A stretch of DNA of 64,000 nt from an uncultured Pseudomonadales bacterium (GTDB lineage Bacteria > Pseudomonadota > Gammaproteobacteria > Pseudomonadales > UBA7434), in the NCBI GenBank assembly GCA_943787705.1, contig CALSNL010000003.1, positions 18,314 through 82,313 on the forward strand, read 5' to 3'. This document shows positions 30,436 through 41,059 of this stretch, piece by piece (within the stretch, counting starts at the first letter, position 1; every line of letters starts with the position of its first letter). The notes below the pieces were generated by a model, which made no database searches, was not told where the DNA came from, and worked only from the letters and a program-made list of their open reading frames with translations. Both the position numbers and the translations under genes were made by a program.

Positions 30436-32056
30436 AAAACGCTATATCTCGCTACTACCTTCGCTATTACTAACCCTATTACTTAGCGCCTGTGATTTGG
30501 GCCCGAGTAATGTGGAATCTGGCACACGCGATCAGATTTTGCACTTAGGTAATGGCACAGAACCAAAAGATCTTGATCCGCATTCGGTTACCGGCGTTCC
30601 TGAACATAATATTATTAGCGCATTATTTGAAGGACTGGTTACGGTTAATCCCAAAACCTTAGCGCCGGAACCAGGCATAGCCGCGAGCTGGAATATTAGT
30701 AATGACGGCAAGCGCTATACTTTTGCTATTCGCGATAATGCTAAGTGGTCGAATGGTGACCCCGTAACCGCTAATGATTTTGTTTGGTCATGGATGCGTA
30801 TGTTATCCCCCGCTATGGCCAGTGAATACGCCTATCAATTATTTACCGTCAAAAACGCTAAGCAATTTAATCACGGTGACATTAAAGACTTTAATCAAGT
30901 GGGTGTTAAAGCCCTTAATGCAAAAACCTTACAAGTTGATCTTGAAAATCCTACCCCCTACTTCTTATCGTTACTGGCGCATTACAGTACTTATGCCGTG
31001 CATCCGCCTACGATTTTAAAATTTGGCGCCATTGATGAAGCCGGTACTTTGTGGACGCGGCCGGGTAATTTTGTTGGCAACGGTCCTTTTTTATTAGATG
31101 AATGGCGACTCAACTATATTATTCGCGTGAGTAAAAATCCGTTGTATTGGGACAGCGAAAACGTGCAGCTTAATGAAATCGTTTTTTATCCCATAGACCA
31201 AGTACAAACGGAAGAGCGCATGTTTAAGACTGGCGCCTTACATGCCACCAGCTCTATACCGGTCGATAAAATTGCCGTTTACCAACAAAAAGATCCCGAA
31301 AAAATATCTATCGATCCTTACCTAGGCACCTACTACTACCGTATCAATGTTAATGTTAAGCCTTTAGATAACCCCAATATCCGCAAAGCGCTATCGATGT
31401 CAATTAACAGAGACTTGTTAGTCAGCTCCATTACTAAAGGTGGCCAGCTCGCTGCCTATACGTTTACCCCGCCTAACACGCAAGGGTATTACGCAGAGAC
31501 CAGCCCTATTACCTTTGATATTGAAGCCGCTCGTGCCTTATTGGCCGAAGCAGGCTTCCCGAATGGCGAAGGTTTTCCAGAAATAGAACTCACTTATAAC
31601 ACCAGTGATGGCCACCGTCGTATTGCCGTAGCGATACAGCAAATGTGGAAGGACGCACTGAATATTGATATACGCCTTTCTAATCAAGATTGGAAAGTTT
31701 ATTTAAGTCGTATTCAATCCATGGATTACAGCATTGCCCGTGCGGCATGGATAGGCGATTACCCCGATCCGAACACCTTTCTTGATATGTTTATTAGCGG
31801 TGGTGGCAATAACCAAACGGGTTGGTCTAGCCCAGAGTACGATAGACTGATTGCCTTGGCCGCTAGCCAAACGAATCAGCAACAACGTTATCGTACCTTC
31901 CAGCAAGCCGAAGCGATTTTAATGGATGAGAGTCCGATTATTCCTATTTATACCTACACACGCGTTTTACTAAAACACCCACAGTTGCAAGGCTGGCACC
32001 CCAACATCCTTGATCAACATCCGTATAAACATGTTTATCTGCAAGAGCCTAAATAA
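30404..32056 (+). CDS. oppA: Oligopeptide ABC transporter substrate-binding lipoprotein
   Basis: 'LLLSAC' lipobox, 'GNGTEP..LDP', 'LFEGL', 'AKWSNGDPVTANDFV' and 'WIGDYPDP'. Confidence 0.9.
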   Translation: MHLLSSLMPNKKRYISLLPSLLLTLLLSACDLGPSNVESGTRDQILHLGNGTEPKDLDPHSVTGVPEHNIISALFEGLVTVNPKTLAPEPGIAASWNISNDGKRYTFAIRDNAKWSNGDPVTANDFVWSWMRMLSPAMASEYAYQLFTVKNAKQFNHGDIKDFNQVGVKALNAKTLQVDLENPTPYFLSLLAHYSTYAVHPPTILKFGAIDEAGTLWTRPGNFVGNGPFLLDEWRLNYIIRVSKNPLYWDSENVQLNEIVFYPIDQVQTEERMFKTGALHATSSIPVDKIAVYQQKDPEKISIDPYLGTYYYRINVNVKPLDNPNIRKALSMSINRDLLVSSITKGGQLAAYTFTPPNTQGYYAETSPITFDIEAARALLAEAGFPNGEGFPEIELTYNTSDGHRRIAVAIQQMWKDALNIDIRLSNQDWKVYLSRIQSMDYSIARAAWIGDYPDPNTFLDMFISGGGNNQTGWSSPEYDRLIALAASQTNQQQRYRTFQQAEAILMDESPIIPIYTYTRVLLKHPQLQGWHPNILDQHPYKHVYLQEPK

Positions 32057-32059
32057 ATC

Positions 32060-32992
32060 ATGATGCGATTTTTTGTTGGTCGGTTATTACAATCCATACC
32101 GGTAATCTTTATTGTTATTACCGCCACGTTTTTTTTAGTGCGCGCAGCCCCCGGCGGCCCGTTTGATGCAGAAAAAACATTAAGCCCAGAAGTGATAGAG
32201 CGTTTAAACGAGCGCTATAATCTTGATGCGCCCATGTACGAACAGTACTTCGATTATCTCGGCCATTTAGTCCAAGGAGACTTTGGCCCTTCGTTTCGCT
32301 ATACCAATCGCACCGTGACAGAAATGATTTATGCCGGCCTACCCATTACTTTTGAACTGGCCATTTACGCCATTATGATTGCCTTAGTTATCGGCATTAG
32401 CGCAGGCATGCTGGCGGCGATAAAACCCAATAGCGCGCAAGATTATATTCCTATGTCGTTGGCTATGACGGGCATCTGTATGCCCTCTTTCTTATTAGGC
32501 CCGCTATTGGTACTGGTTTTTGGTATTTGGCTGCAATGGTTGCCTGTCTCCGGCTGGGGTTATTCACCAGGTGATAAAATTCTTCCGGCTATTACCTTAG
32601 GCTCGACCTATGCGGCCTATATTGCTCGGCTCACCCGCGGTGGCATGTTAGAAATACTGTCGCAAGACTATATTCGTACCGCTAAAGCCAAAGGGTTGCC
32701 TATGGCAAAAATTATTATTCGTCATGCGCTACGTGGTGGATTATCTCCGGTGGTTGCCTTTTTAGGACCAGCCATTGCGGGCTTATTAGCAGGCTCGTTT
32801 GTAGTAGAAACGATTTTTCAAATTCCCGGCCTAGGACGCTTTTATGTGCAAGCTGCCTTTAACCGCGACTACACCATGATATTAGGCACCACCATATTGC
32901 TGTCTTGCTTAATTGTATTGCTCAACATGTTGTCTGACTTACTGGCCGTCTGGCTCAACCCACGCCTCGCATTGTCTAACGAAAAAAACTAG
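32060..32992 (+). CDS. oppB: Oligopeptide ABC transporter permease
   Basis: 'APGGPFD', 'GDFGPS', 'DYIRTAKAKGL' and 'VETIFQIPGLG'. Confidence 0.92.
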   Translation: MMRFFVGRLLQSIPVIFIVITATFFLVRAAPGGPFDAEKTLSPEVIERLNERYNLDAPMYEQYFDYLGHLVQGDFGPSFRYTNRTVTEMIYAGLPITFELAIYAIMIALVIGISAGMLAAIKPNSAQDYIPMSLAMTGICMPSFLLGPLLVLVFGIWLQWLPVSGWGYSPGDKILPAITLGSTYAAYIARLTRGGMLEILSQDYIRTAKAKGLPMAKIIIRHALRGGLSPVVAFLGPAIAGLLAGSFVVETIFQIPGLGRFYVQAAFNRDYTMILGTTILLSCLIVLLNMLSDLLAVWLNPRLALSNEKN

Positions 32993-32994
32993 CC

Positions 32995-33885
32995 ATGATT
33001 GATTCATTAAAAGAATATCAAAACCTCAACTTTGAACAAGGCCGCTCACTGTGGCAAGACGCTTGGTATCGACTGAATAAAAACAAACTCGCCATGCTGG
33101 GTTTGTATGTAATTATTTTTTTTGTTGTCGTATCCATTCTCACGCCTTGGCTTGCGCCCTATGGCTATGAAACACAAAACCTAGCACTGGGCGCTTCGGC
33201 ACCCTCCGCTCAACACTGGTTAGGCACCGATATTCATGGTCGCGATTTAATGACCCGCTTAATGTATGGCGGACGCATATCATTAATGGTCGGCTTTGCC
33301 GCCACCGCAGTCTCTTTAGTTATTGGCATTCTATGGGGCACTATCGCTGGGTATATTGGCGGGCTTACTGACACCATTATGATGCGCATTGTTGATATTT
33401 TATACGCACTGCCTTTTATGATATTTATTATTTTGTTGATGGTGGTTTTTGGGCGCAGCTTACTGCTGCTGTTTTTAGCTATTGGCTTAATTGAATGGCT
33501 CACCATGGCCAGAATTGTTCGCACCCAAGTATTGACGCTTCGTAAACAAGAATTTGTGAGTGCCGCCGTTGTCACCGGCCTTAGTCATTGGCAAATTATT
33601 CGCCGCCATATTATTCCGAATGTCCTCGGCCCGGTTATTGTCTACATTACTCTAACGATTCCCAGCGTTATGTTGTTAGAAGCGTTTTTAAGCTTCTTAG
33701 GCCTTGGTATACAACCACCGCAAAGCTCTTGGGGTGTATTAATTTCTGGTGGCGTAGAAACCATGGAAGAGTATCCATGGCTATTGGTATTTCCAGGCCT
33801 TGCCCTTTCACTAACCTTATTTGCGCTTAACTTTTTAGGCGATGGCTTACGCGATGCACTCGACCCACGTGCGACAAGAGATTAA
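32995..33885 (+). CDS. oppC: Oligopeptide ABC transporter permease
   Basis: 'SLWQDAW', 'HWLGTD..GRD', 'EAFLSFLGLG' and 'NFLGDGLRDALDP'. Confidence 0.92.
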   Translation: MIDSLKEYQNLNFEQGRSLWQDAWYRLNKNKLAMLGLYVIIFFVVVSILTPWLAPYGYETQNLALGASAPSAQHWLGTDIHGRDLMTRLMYGGRISLMVGFAATAVSLVIGILWGTIAGYIGGLTDTIMMRIVDILYALPFMIFIILLMVVFGRSLLLLFLAIGLIEWLTMARIVRTQVLTLRKQEFVSAAVVTGLSHWQIIRRHIIPNVLGPVIVYITLTIPSVMLLEAFLSFLGLGIQPPQSSWGVLISGGVETMEEYPWLLVFPGLALSLTLFALNFLGDGLRDALDPRATRD

Positions 33886-33887
33886 TT

Positions 33888-35468
33888 ATGAGCTTATTAA
33901 CGGTTAATCATTTATCCATTGATTTCACCACACGTGACGGCACCGTAAGCGCTGTTAGTGATGTCTCATTCCATGTCGACCAAGGTGAAACCTTAGGCAT
34001 TGTCGGTGAATCCGGCTCGGGAAAATCAGTTAGCTGCTATTCATTGCTGGGGTTAATTCCTATGCCGCCCGGTCATATTAAAAATGGCAGCGCGATTTTT
34101 GATGGTATTGATTTACTGCAAGCGAATGAAAAAACCATGCGCCAAATTCGCGGCAAGCGCATCAGTATGATTTTTCAAGATCCTATGACCTCGCTCAACC
34201 CCTATATGCGCGTTGGCCAACAAATTATTGAACCTTTGCTGCAACATAGTAATATTTCAAAAAGCGCAGCCAAAGAAAAAGCCATTGCCCTGCTTGAAGA
34301 AGTCGGCATTAGTGATGCAGCTAATCGGTTTCAGCAATTCCCTCATGAGTTTTCTGGCGGCATGCGACAGCGCGTAGTGATTGCCATGGCGCTCATTACA
34401 GAACCTGAGCTATTAATTGCTGATGAGCCAACCACAGCCTTAGACGTGACTATTCAAGCGCAGATACTCGAACTGATTCATGAGTTGCAACAACGCCGAA
34501 ATATCGCCGTTATTTTTATCTCTCATGATCTTGATGTTATTAAGCGCATGGCCGACCGAACCATTGTGATGGAAAAAGGCCATATTGTTGAGCAAGGTAA
34601 TACACAAGCTATTTTTGATGCTCCCACACAGGCCTATACACAAAAACTGATTGCCTCTATTCCTAACAGCGCTAAACCTGAAGCCTATCGTTTTACTGGC
34701 GATTCGGAATCACGCTTTTTAAGTTTAAATAATATTAGTATTTCTTACGGCAACAAAAAGAATGCCTTTAAGGCAGTCGACAATGTTAGCTTAACGGTTA
34801 AGCAAGGCGAGATATTAGGCTTAGTCGGTGAATCGGGTTGTGGTAAAACCAGTTTGTCGCACAGCATTGTTAGGTTAGTTGATATTCAGCAAGGGCAAAT
34901 TTGTTTGCAGAAAAACGCTTTAGAAGAGCTAAAAGGCAAAGCATTAAAAGCGACGCGTAAAGATATTCAAATGATCTTTCAAGACCCCTATGCCTCGCTT
35001 AATCCGCGCATGACAGTTTTCAACACACTTGCCGAACCGCTGCGCTTACATGGCATAGCAAGTAATGCTGATGACTTAAAAAGCAGAGTGTTAACCCTAA
35101 TGCAAGATGTTGGACTAGAAGCACGCTGGGCGAATAAATACCCGCACGAATTTTCTGGCGGACAGCGTCAGCGCATCGCTATAGCGAGAGCCTTAGCTGT
35201 TGAACCCAAATTAATTATTGCGGATGAGCCGGTGTCGGCATTGGATGTGACGATACAAGCGCAGATACTCAGCTTGCTCTTAGACTTGTGTCAGCAGCGT
35301 CAGCTAACAATGATTTTTATCTCTCATGACTTAGCCGTGGTGCGTTATATCGCTGATCGCACGGCTGTAATGAATAAAGGCAAGATTGTGGAAATTAATG
35401 ATACCGAAAGTGTTTATCAAAACCCTAGCGACCCTTATACAAAAAGCCTTTTAGCCGCCAGAGTCTAA
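33888..35468 (+). CDS. Peptide ABC transporter ATP-binding protein with two fused ATPase domains (OppD/OppF-like)
   Basis: Two Walker A motifs ('GESGSGKS', 'GESGCGKT') and two signature motifs ('FSGGMRQR', 'FSGGQRQR'). Confidence 0.92.
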   Translation: MSLLTVNHLSIDFTTRDGTVSAVSDVSFHVDQGETLGIVGESGSGKSVSCYSLLGLIPMPPGHIKNGSAIFDGIDLLQANEKTMRQIRGKRISMIFQDPMTSLNPYMRVGQQIIEPLLQHSNISKSAAKEKAIALLEEVGISDAANRFQQFPHEFSGGMRQRVVIAMALITEPELLIADEPTTALDVTIQAQILELIHELQQRRNIAVIFISHDLDVIKRMADRTIVMEKGHIVEQGNTQAIFDAPTQAYTQKLIASIPNSAKPEAYRFTGDSESRFLSLNNISISYGNKKNAFKAVDNVSLTVKQGEILGLVGESGCGKTSLSHSIVRLVDIQQGQICLQKNALEELKGKALKATRKDIQMIFQDPYASLNPRMTVFNTLAEPLRLHGIASNADDLKSRVLTLMQDVGLEARWANKYPHEFSGGQRQRIAIARALAVEPKLIIADEPVSALDVTIQAQILSLLLDLCQQRQLTMIFISHDLAVVRYIADRTAVMNKGKIVEINDTESVYQNPSDPYTKSLLAARV

Positions 35469-35482
35469 CAAAGCAAAAACAC

Positions 35483-37711
35483 TTATTTGCGTGAGCGACT
35501 GCTCCACTGACCACCAACGGCCTTATTACTCGGTTTTCTTCCTGTCTTTTTATTCGGCGCACCGGTGGCACCACGTCGGCCAGCCGATTGACTACCTCTA
35601 CGATTCATAGATTTTTCGGCGGGAACCAGTTGATTAGGCCCATCACCGATAAGCTCAGCACGATTCATTTTAATTAATGAGGCACGCAAGTAAGCCCAGT
35701 TCTTTTCATCGTGATAACGCAAAAACGCTTTTTGTAAGCGGCGCTGCTCAAGATTCTTCGCAACAAATATTTTCTCACCGCGCTTGTACATAAGCTTTTT
35801 AAGCGGGTTACGGCCTGAGTGATACATGGCCGTCGCCAACGCCATTGGCGATGGATAAAACGTTTGCACCTGATCAACCCTAAAATCATTGCGCTTTAAC
35901 CACAATGATAAATTCATCATATCTTCATCACTACTGCCCGGATGCGCAGCAATAAAATACGGAATCAAATACTGTTTTTTCTTTGCCTGTTTGGTGTATT
36001 TCTCAAACATTTTCTTAAAGGCATCATAACTACCCATGCCCGGCTTCATCATTTTCGATAACGTTGCATCTTCACTGTGCTCTGGTGCTATTTTTAAATA
36101 ACCACCCACATGATGCGTCACTAATTCTTTAACGTATTCTTCATCCAACACGGCTAAGTCATAACGTAAACCAGATGCAATCAAAATACGCTTAACGCCT
36201 CGCAATGCACGCGCTTTACGATACAGCTGCGTGGTTGGCTTATGATCCGTTTCCAAATTCTTACAAATGGTTGGGTATACACAAGACAATCGACGGCAAT
36301 TCGCCTGAATGACATCATCGTTGCAATTAAGATGATACATATTGGCCGTCGGGCCACCTAAATCAGAAATCGTACCGGTAAAGCCTGGCACTTGATCGCG
36401 AATCTTTTCAATTTCATCTAATACCGACTGCTCAGAACGGCTTTGAATAACACGACCTTCATGCTCGGTAATAGAACAGAAAGTACAACCACCAAAGCAA
36501 CCCCGCATAATATTAACTGAGGTTTTTATCATATCGTAAGCAGGAATAACGGCATCGCCGTAACTCGGATGCGGACGGCGCTGATACGGCAACGCAAAGA
36601 CACCATCCATTTCTTCTGTCGTCAACGGAATAGGCGGTGGATTAACCCAGACTTCACGACCATCATGCTTTTGCATAATCGCGCGCGCATTATGAGGATT
36701 ACTCTCTTGATGCAATACCCGCGAGGCATGCGCATACAAGACAGGATCATTACGGACTTTTTCAAATGATGGTAAGCGTACATAAGCGGTATCGGCACTA
36801 ATGTTTTGCTCACTTAAGGTTTTAATCGCTAACGGCATTGGAATAATTTTTACGATGTCTTCGCTATCAGCATTAACGGCTTGCGTGCGATCACGGTCAC
36901 ATTCGCTTTCATCGACATCGTAATGATAAGGATTCGGCATTTTATCAATGGCGTTAGGCCAATCGATACGTGTTGAATCAATTTCAACAAAGCCTTTAGG
37001 TGCTTCATTCACAATAGTGGTAGTGCCGCGTAAACGCCCCGCCGCTTTAATATCGCGACCAGAACCTAATAAATGGGCAACCTCACACAGGGCACGCTCG
37101 GCGTTACCGTATAACAAAATATCGGCACCGCTATCGACCAATATTGATCGTCTAACGGAATCACTCCAGTAATCATATTGCGCGATGCGACGTAAACTGG
37201 CTTCAATACCGCCAATAACAATGGGCACTTTAGGAAAAGCCTGACGACAGCGTTGGGTATAGACAATCACGCAGCGATCGGGACGATTGCCACCTTGGCC
37301 ACCTGCGGTGTATGCATCATCACTTCGCATGCGTAAATCGGCGGTATAACGGTTAATCATGGAATCCATGTTACCGCCGGTCACACCAAAAAATAGATTC
37401 GGCGCGCCTAACTCGGCAAAGGCGGCATCGGCTGCGGCATCACCTTGGTGCCATGCAGGCTGGCTAATAATACCGACTCGGAAACCTTGCGACTCAAGCA
37501 TACGGCCAATAACTGCCATACCAAAGCTTGGATGATCGACATAGGCATCGCCAGTAACAAGAATAATATCGCAGCTATCCCAGCCTAAGGCGTCCATTTC
37601 TGCGCGTGTCATTGGCAAATAAGGCGCTGGGCCAAAGCACTCAGCCCAATATTTGGGATAAGCGAATAAATCGGGTGCCTTTACCGGCTGACAAAGTGAT
37701 GATGAGGCCAA
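35483..37711 (-). CDS. ygiQ: YgiQ family radical SAM protein
   Basis: '[33 protein letters not shown]' and CxxxCxxC 'GCFGGCTFC'. Confidence 0.92.
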   Translation of the reverse strand: MASSSLCQPVKAPDLFAYPKYWAECFGPAPYLPMTRAEMDALGWDSCDIILVTGDAYVDHPSFGMAVIGRMLESQGFRVGIISQPAWHQGDAAADAAFAELGAPNLFFGVTGGNMDSMINRYTADLRMRSDDAYTAGGQGGNRPDRCVIVYTQRCRQAFPKVPIVIGGIEASLRRIAQYDYWSDSVRRSILVDSGADILLYGNAERALCEVAHLLGSGRDIKAAGRLRGTTTIVNEAPKGFVEIDSTRIDWPNAIDKMPNPYHYDVDESECDRDRTQAVNADSEDIVKIIPMPLAIKTLSEQNISADTAYVRLPSFEKVRNDPVLYAHASRVLHQESNPHNARAIMQKHDGREVWVNPPPIPLTTEEMDGVFALPYQRRPHPSYGDAVIPAYDMIKTSVNIMRGCFGGCTFCSITEHEGRVIQSRSEQSVLDEIEKIRDQVPGFTGTISDLGGPTANMYHLNCNDDVIQANCRRLSCVYPTICKNLETDHKPTTQLYRKARALRGVKRILIASGLRYDLAVLDEEYVKELVTHHVGGYLKIAPEHSEDATLSKMMKPGMGSYDAFKKMFEKYTKQAKKKQYLIPYFIAAHPGSSDEDMMNLSLWLKRNDFRVDQVQTFYPSPMALATAMYHSGRNPLKKLMYKRGEKIFVAKNLEQRRLQKAFLRYHDEKNWAYLRASLIKMNRAELIGDGPNQLVPAEKSMNRRGSQSAGRRGATGAPNKKTGRKPSNKAVGGQWSSRSRK

Positions 37712-37875
37712 AATTTGGGTTCTTTTATGCTGGAGTCTAAAGACAAATAGCGCTGTAGAGCGGCTATTAGGCTTATTAAGCTCAAACCTTCAACTAAGCA
37801 AGGACCGAGCGATGAATAAGCGGGCATTTAACCATATGCAGCAAGGTTTGTATTGTGATTACTCGGCAATAACGC

Positions 37876-39000
37876 CTAACGAATATCGTTAGTACCACCC
37901 TCTTTTAGCGCTTTGACCTTATCGAGAATGCGTTGCGCACGTTCAATATTAGCCAGCAAATGAGAATCATTAGGGGCCAGCGGCAATGCAGACTGCCAAG
38001 CCATTAACGCATACTCAATATTGCCCTCAGAATAGTAAGCTTCTCCTAATGCCGTGGCGCGTTCAATTTCAAGCAGCAAGTTAGCATTTAACTGTTGCTG
38101 TTCATCAAGTAAGGCTTTATCACCCGGCCGCTGTTTCAGCATGGCCATTAAAATATCTTTAGCTGTAAGCCATTGCTGCTGATCAATAGCAGTAGTGTAA
38201 TCAGCTAACTGTTGCTGCTGCTTTTTCGATAAAGCACTATTATTATTGCGCGCTATTTGTGCTTTCTGCCGTTCTAACAATAATGATCGTAGCCGCTTTA
38301 TATCCGTTAATATCACCGGCGAATCTTCAAGACGTTGAATGCTACGTAAATGCGCCAAAGCCAGGCCATACTCTTGCTCGGCCTCGGCTATTGCCGCATA
38401 GGCCTTTACCGTCACTATTAATCGATCTCGCTTGTCCCTCTCCTGCTGCCAGCGTCGCAATGCAATAACATCATCTGCATCCGCTTTATATAAGCGCTCA
38501 TAAAACGGTAAGGTCTTCGGTAAATGCTGGGCCTCTAATTTAGCCAAGCCGAGCGTTAAGCTATCAACATACTGCTGCCGCTGCTGGTCCACATTGGCAA
38601 ATAAACCCTCTAACACTTTATTAGAGGGAAGGTGCTGACGTAAAAAGCCTTGTTCTACATTGACGGTCTGCCAGTCGTCACGACGCACCAAACGTTTTAA
38701 ACGCTGCATTTGCTCTTGTTGAAATGCAGCCGCCTCAACTGTCGCTTGTTCACGAACGGCTAGCCAATAATGTTTATCCTGCTCTTCTAAAGAACGATCC
38801 AACTGCGTATCGACAATCGCTAACACCTCATTAAAGTGTTTTTGTTCAAGTAATAAATCAATGGCTGGTGGCTTAGGTGTCGACAGCCCCTGCAACCAAG
38901 TACAACTGCAAAGTATTGTTAGTAGAAAAGCCATCACTATTAACTTGATAGTGAGAATGTGAGCGCGCTCACAACGAAAATCATTTGTGCTTAACATCAT
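37876..39000 (-). CDS. Hypothetical helical/TPR protein, probable lipoprotein
   Basis: N-terminal 'LTILCSC' and a C-terminal TPR-like 'GEAYYSEGNIEYALMAWQSALPLAP'. Confidence 0.65.
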   Translation of the reverse strand: MMLSTNDFRCERAHILTIKLIVMAFLLTILCSCTWLQGLSTPKPPAIDLLLEQKHFNEVLAIVDTQLDRSLEEQDKHYWLAVREQATVEAAAFQQEQMQRLKRLVRRDDWQTVNVEQGFLRQHLPSNKVLEGLFANVDQQRQQYVDSLTLGLAKLEAQHLPKTLPFYERLYKADADDVIALRRWQQERDKRDRLIVTVKAYAAIAEAEQEYGLALAHLRSIQRLEDSPVILTDIKRLRSLLLERQKAQIARNNNSALSKKQQQQLADYTTAIDQQQWLTAKDILMAMLKQRPGDKALLDEQQQLNANLLLEIERATALGEAYYSEGNIEYALMAWQSALPLAPNDSHLLANIERAQRILDKVKALKEGGTNDIR

Positions 39001-39090
39001 ATTGTCCTTTAACTAATTGTCCTTTTACTAATTGTCTTTTTACTAATTGTCTTTTTACTAATTGTTCTTTAACTAATTGTTCTTTAACTA
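39001..39090. repeat. 15-bp tandem repeat x6 covering the RBS of the downstream gene
   Basis: ATTGT(C/T)(C/T)TTT(A/T)ACTA x6. On the minus strand the last unit reads AAAGGACAAT-ATG. Confidence 0.95.
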
Positions 39091-39109
39091 ACTATTCCAT
39101 GAAGTAAGA

Positions 39110-40768
39110 TTATTCATGTGCAGAGACAAGATCTTCAATCAACCCCGCCAACATCCAACCTTTAGGCTCATTGACTGATTGAATGCGATAAACATTGACC
39201 ATCTCTTCTTTACCTTTTACGGCAACTAAGCCTGCATTTTCAGTTTTTACTTCCGTATAAAAGCCATTGTTATAAACAGACTCGGATACCAGCGCCTCGC
39301 CTGGTTGTGCCGCATCACAAAGCCGCGAAGCTAAATTAACCGCATCGCCTACCACGGTATACTCCATGCGGTACTCCGACCCTAAAATACCCGCCTGCAT
39401 TAATCCGGAGTTAACACCGACACGTAAATTAATCTGGTTTAAGCCTTTATTTTCACGCTTTTCATTGATCCTACTAGCCACTAATCGTATTGCATTAGCG
39501 CAAGACATAGCCTGTAAACGATGATCTTTATCGACACGTGGCGCGCCAAAAACAATCATTGCGGCATCGCCAATAAACTTATCGACCGTGCCGTGATAAA
39601 TACGTGCACAAGCAGTAAAAATAGATAAATATTGATTTAGCATGCGCGCCACTTCATTAGGCGACATCGATTCAGACATGCGCGTGTACTCAACAATATC
39701 AACAAACAATACCGATGCCTCAACCACCTCACCACCTAACTGCAAAACCTCATTGCCATTTAATAATTGATCGGCAACATCACTAGCAACAAAACGCTGC
39801 AATAGTTTTTCTACCTCACGCTTACTATTCACTTCATGGCCGAGCTGCGCATAAATCGATAAAATATCGGCCCATTCATTATTCCATTTTGCACTTCTAC
39901 CACCGCCGCTTTTACCGCCACCGACTTTACCGCCACCGATTTTACCGCCACCGATTTTACCGACAGGCAAGTCCTGCACTCGCCCTTCACGCGCGGCTTT
40001 ACTAATAGCCAGCAAGCGATAAACCGGACGCGACAATAAGCGACTAAAAACAAAAGCACTGACAATAGAAATAAGACAAACCAGCAACACGGCGATTAAT
40101 AAATCACGCGCAGAGGCAGAAAAAACCCTGCGCATGGGTGAGCGATTAACAGAGACCACCGCATAGGCGCCATCAGCGCCTGAAAAATTGACTGGCGCCA
40201 TATAATGGCCCAATGGTAATTCAGGCCGTTTTAACCGTATCGCCATAGCAATGGCCGCATCAGGACTATTCACACTGTAATCCGCTACCGAAGATAGCTC
40301 ACCCACACTGCCCGACTGGGCAATTAACTCGCCACTGGGTAAATACACTGCCACGCCATACACCGCACTTTTTTTAGCCAGCTGATTAAGCTGTAACTGA
40401 ATAGCGAGCTGGTCATCGGTAAACACCGGCTCCACTAAGCTACCGGCCAACTGCTCAACAATCGCTTCGCCAAATGCATCGCCTTGGCGTTCTAGCAATC
40501 GCTGATACTGAATCATGCCCAGATAAGCCAGCACCATTGCGCCCAGCACCGCAATCACACTAATCGCCAGCCCCAACTTCAAGGCAAAAGGCATATGCCA
40601 GCCCCTCTCGGCATCCCAGCAGAGCCTACGCAGAAAATGAGCTGGGCGCTGCCCCGCTCTTCGCTCGGTTCTGCGTTTAACCCTTTCGCTGCGCTTACGA
40701 AAGACAGGCGTTGAATGTTGCCTAGCCTCGCTATCCAGCGGCGGGGTCGTTTTTAGCGGTGTCGACAT
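39110..40768 (-). CDS. Membrane-anchored class III adenylate/guanylate cyclase with periplasmic domain
   Basis: Two TM helices flank a periplasmic domain. Catalytic 'VLFVDIVEYT', 'VDKFIGDAAM' and 'EYTVVGDAVNLASRL'. The Lys and Thr positions suggest ATP specificity. Confidence 0.88.
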   Translation of the reverse strand: MSTPLKTTPPLDSEARQHSTPVFRKRSERVKRRTERRAGQRPAHFLRRLCWDAERGWHMPFALKLGLAISVIAVLGAMVLAYLGMIQYQRLLERQGDAFGEAIVEQLAGSLVEPVFTDDQLAIQLQLNQLAKKSAVYGVAVYLPSGELIAQSGSVGELSSVADYSVNSPDAAIAMAIRLKRPELPLGHYMAPVNFSGADGAYAVVSVNRSPMRRVFSASARDLLIAVLLVCLISIVSAFVFSRLLSRPVYRLLAISKAAREGRVQDLPVGKIGGGKIGGGKVGGGKSGGGRSAKWNNEWADILSIYAQLGHEVNSKREVEKLLQRFVASDVADQLLNGNEVLQLGGEVVEASVLFVDIVEYTRMSESMSPNEVARMLNQYLSIFTACARIYHGTVDKFIGDAAMIVFGAPRVDKDHRLQAMSCANAIRLVASRINEKRENKGLNQINLRVGVNSGLMQAGILGSEYRMEYTVVGDAVNLASRLCDAAQPGEALVSESVYNNGFYTEVKTENAGLVAVKGKEEMVNVYRIQSVNEPKGWMLAGLIEDLVSAHE

Positions 40769-41059
40769 AGTAATGAGTGAGTATTATCCTAGCCATTGGC
40801 GACCCGAATTAGGCCGCATGCAGTATGACAGCAGCACAAGCCTTTTTAAGAGTGCTCAGCTTGGATTTTTACAAATGGTTTTGGCCAATGACTTAAACGC
40901 ATGGCTAAATAGCCAGCAGCCGACCTCCTTATATCGTGTTATCCTTCACAAAAGGCTTTAACTGCATAAAAACAACGCAATAGCCTTAAAAAATGACATA
41001 TTCATCAATCAATAGACGCCCATTAATCACAAGCCTTTAATTGTTATGAAACCATCTCT

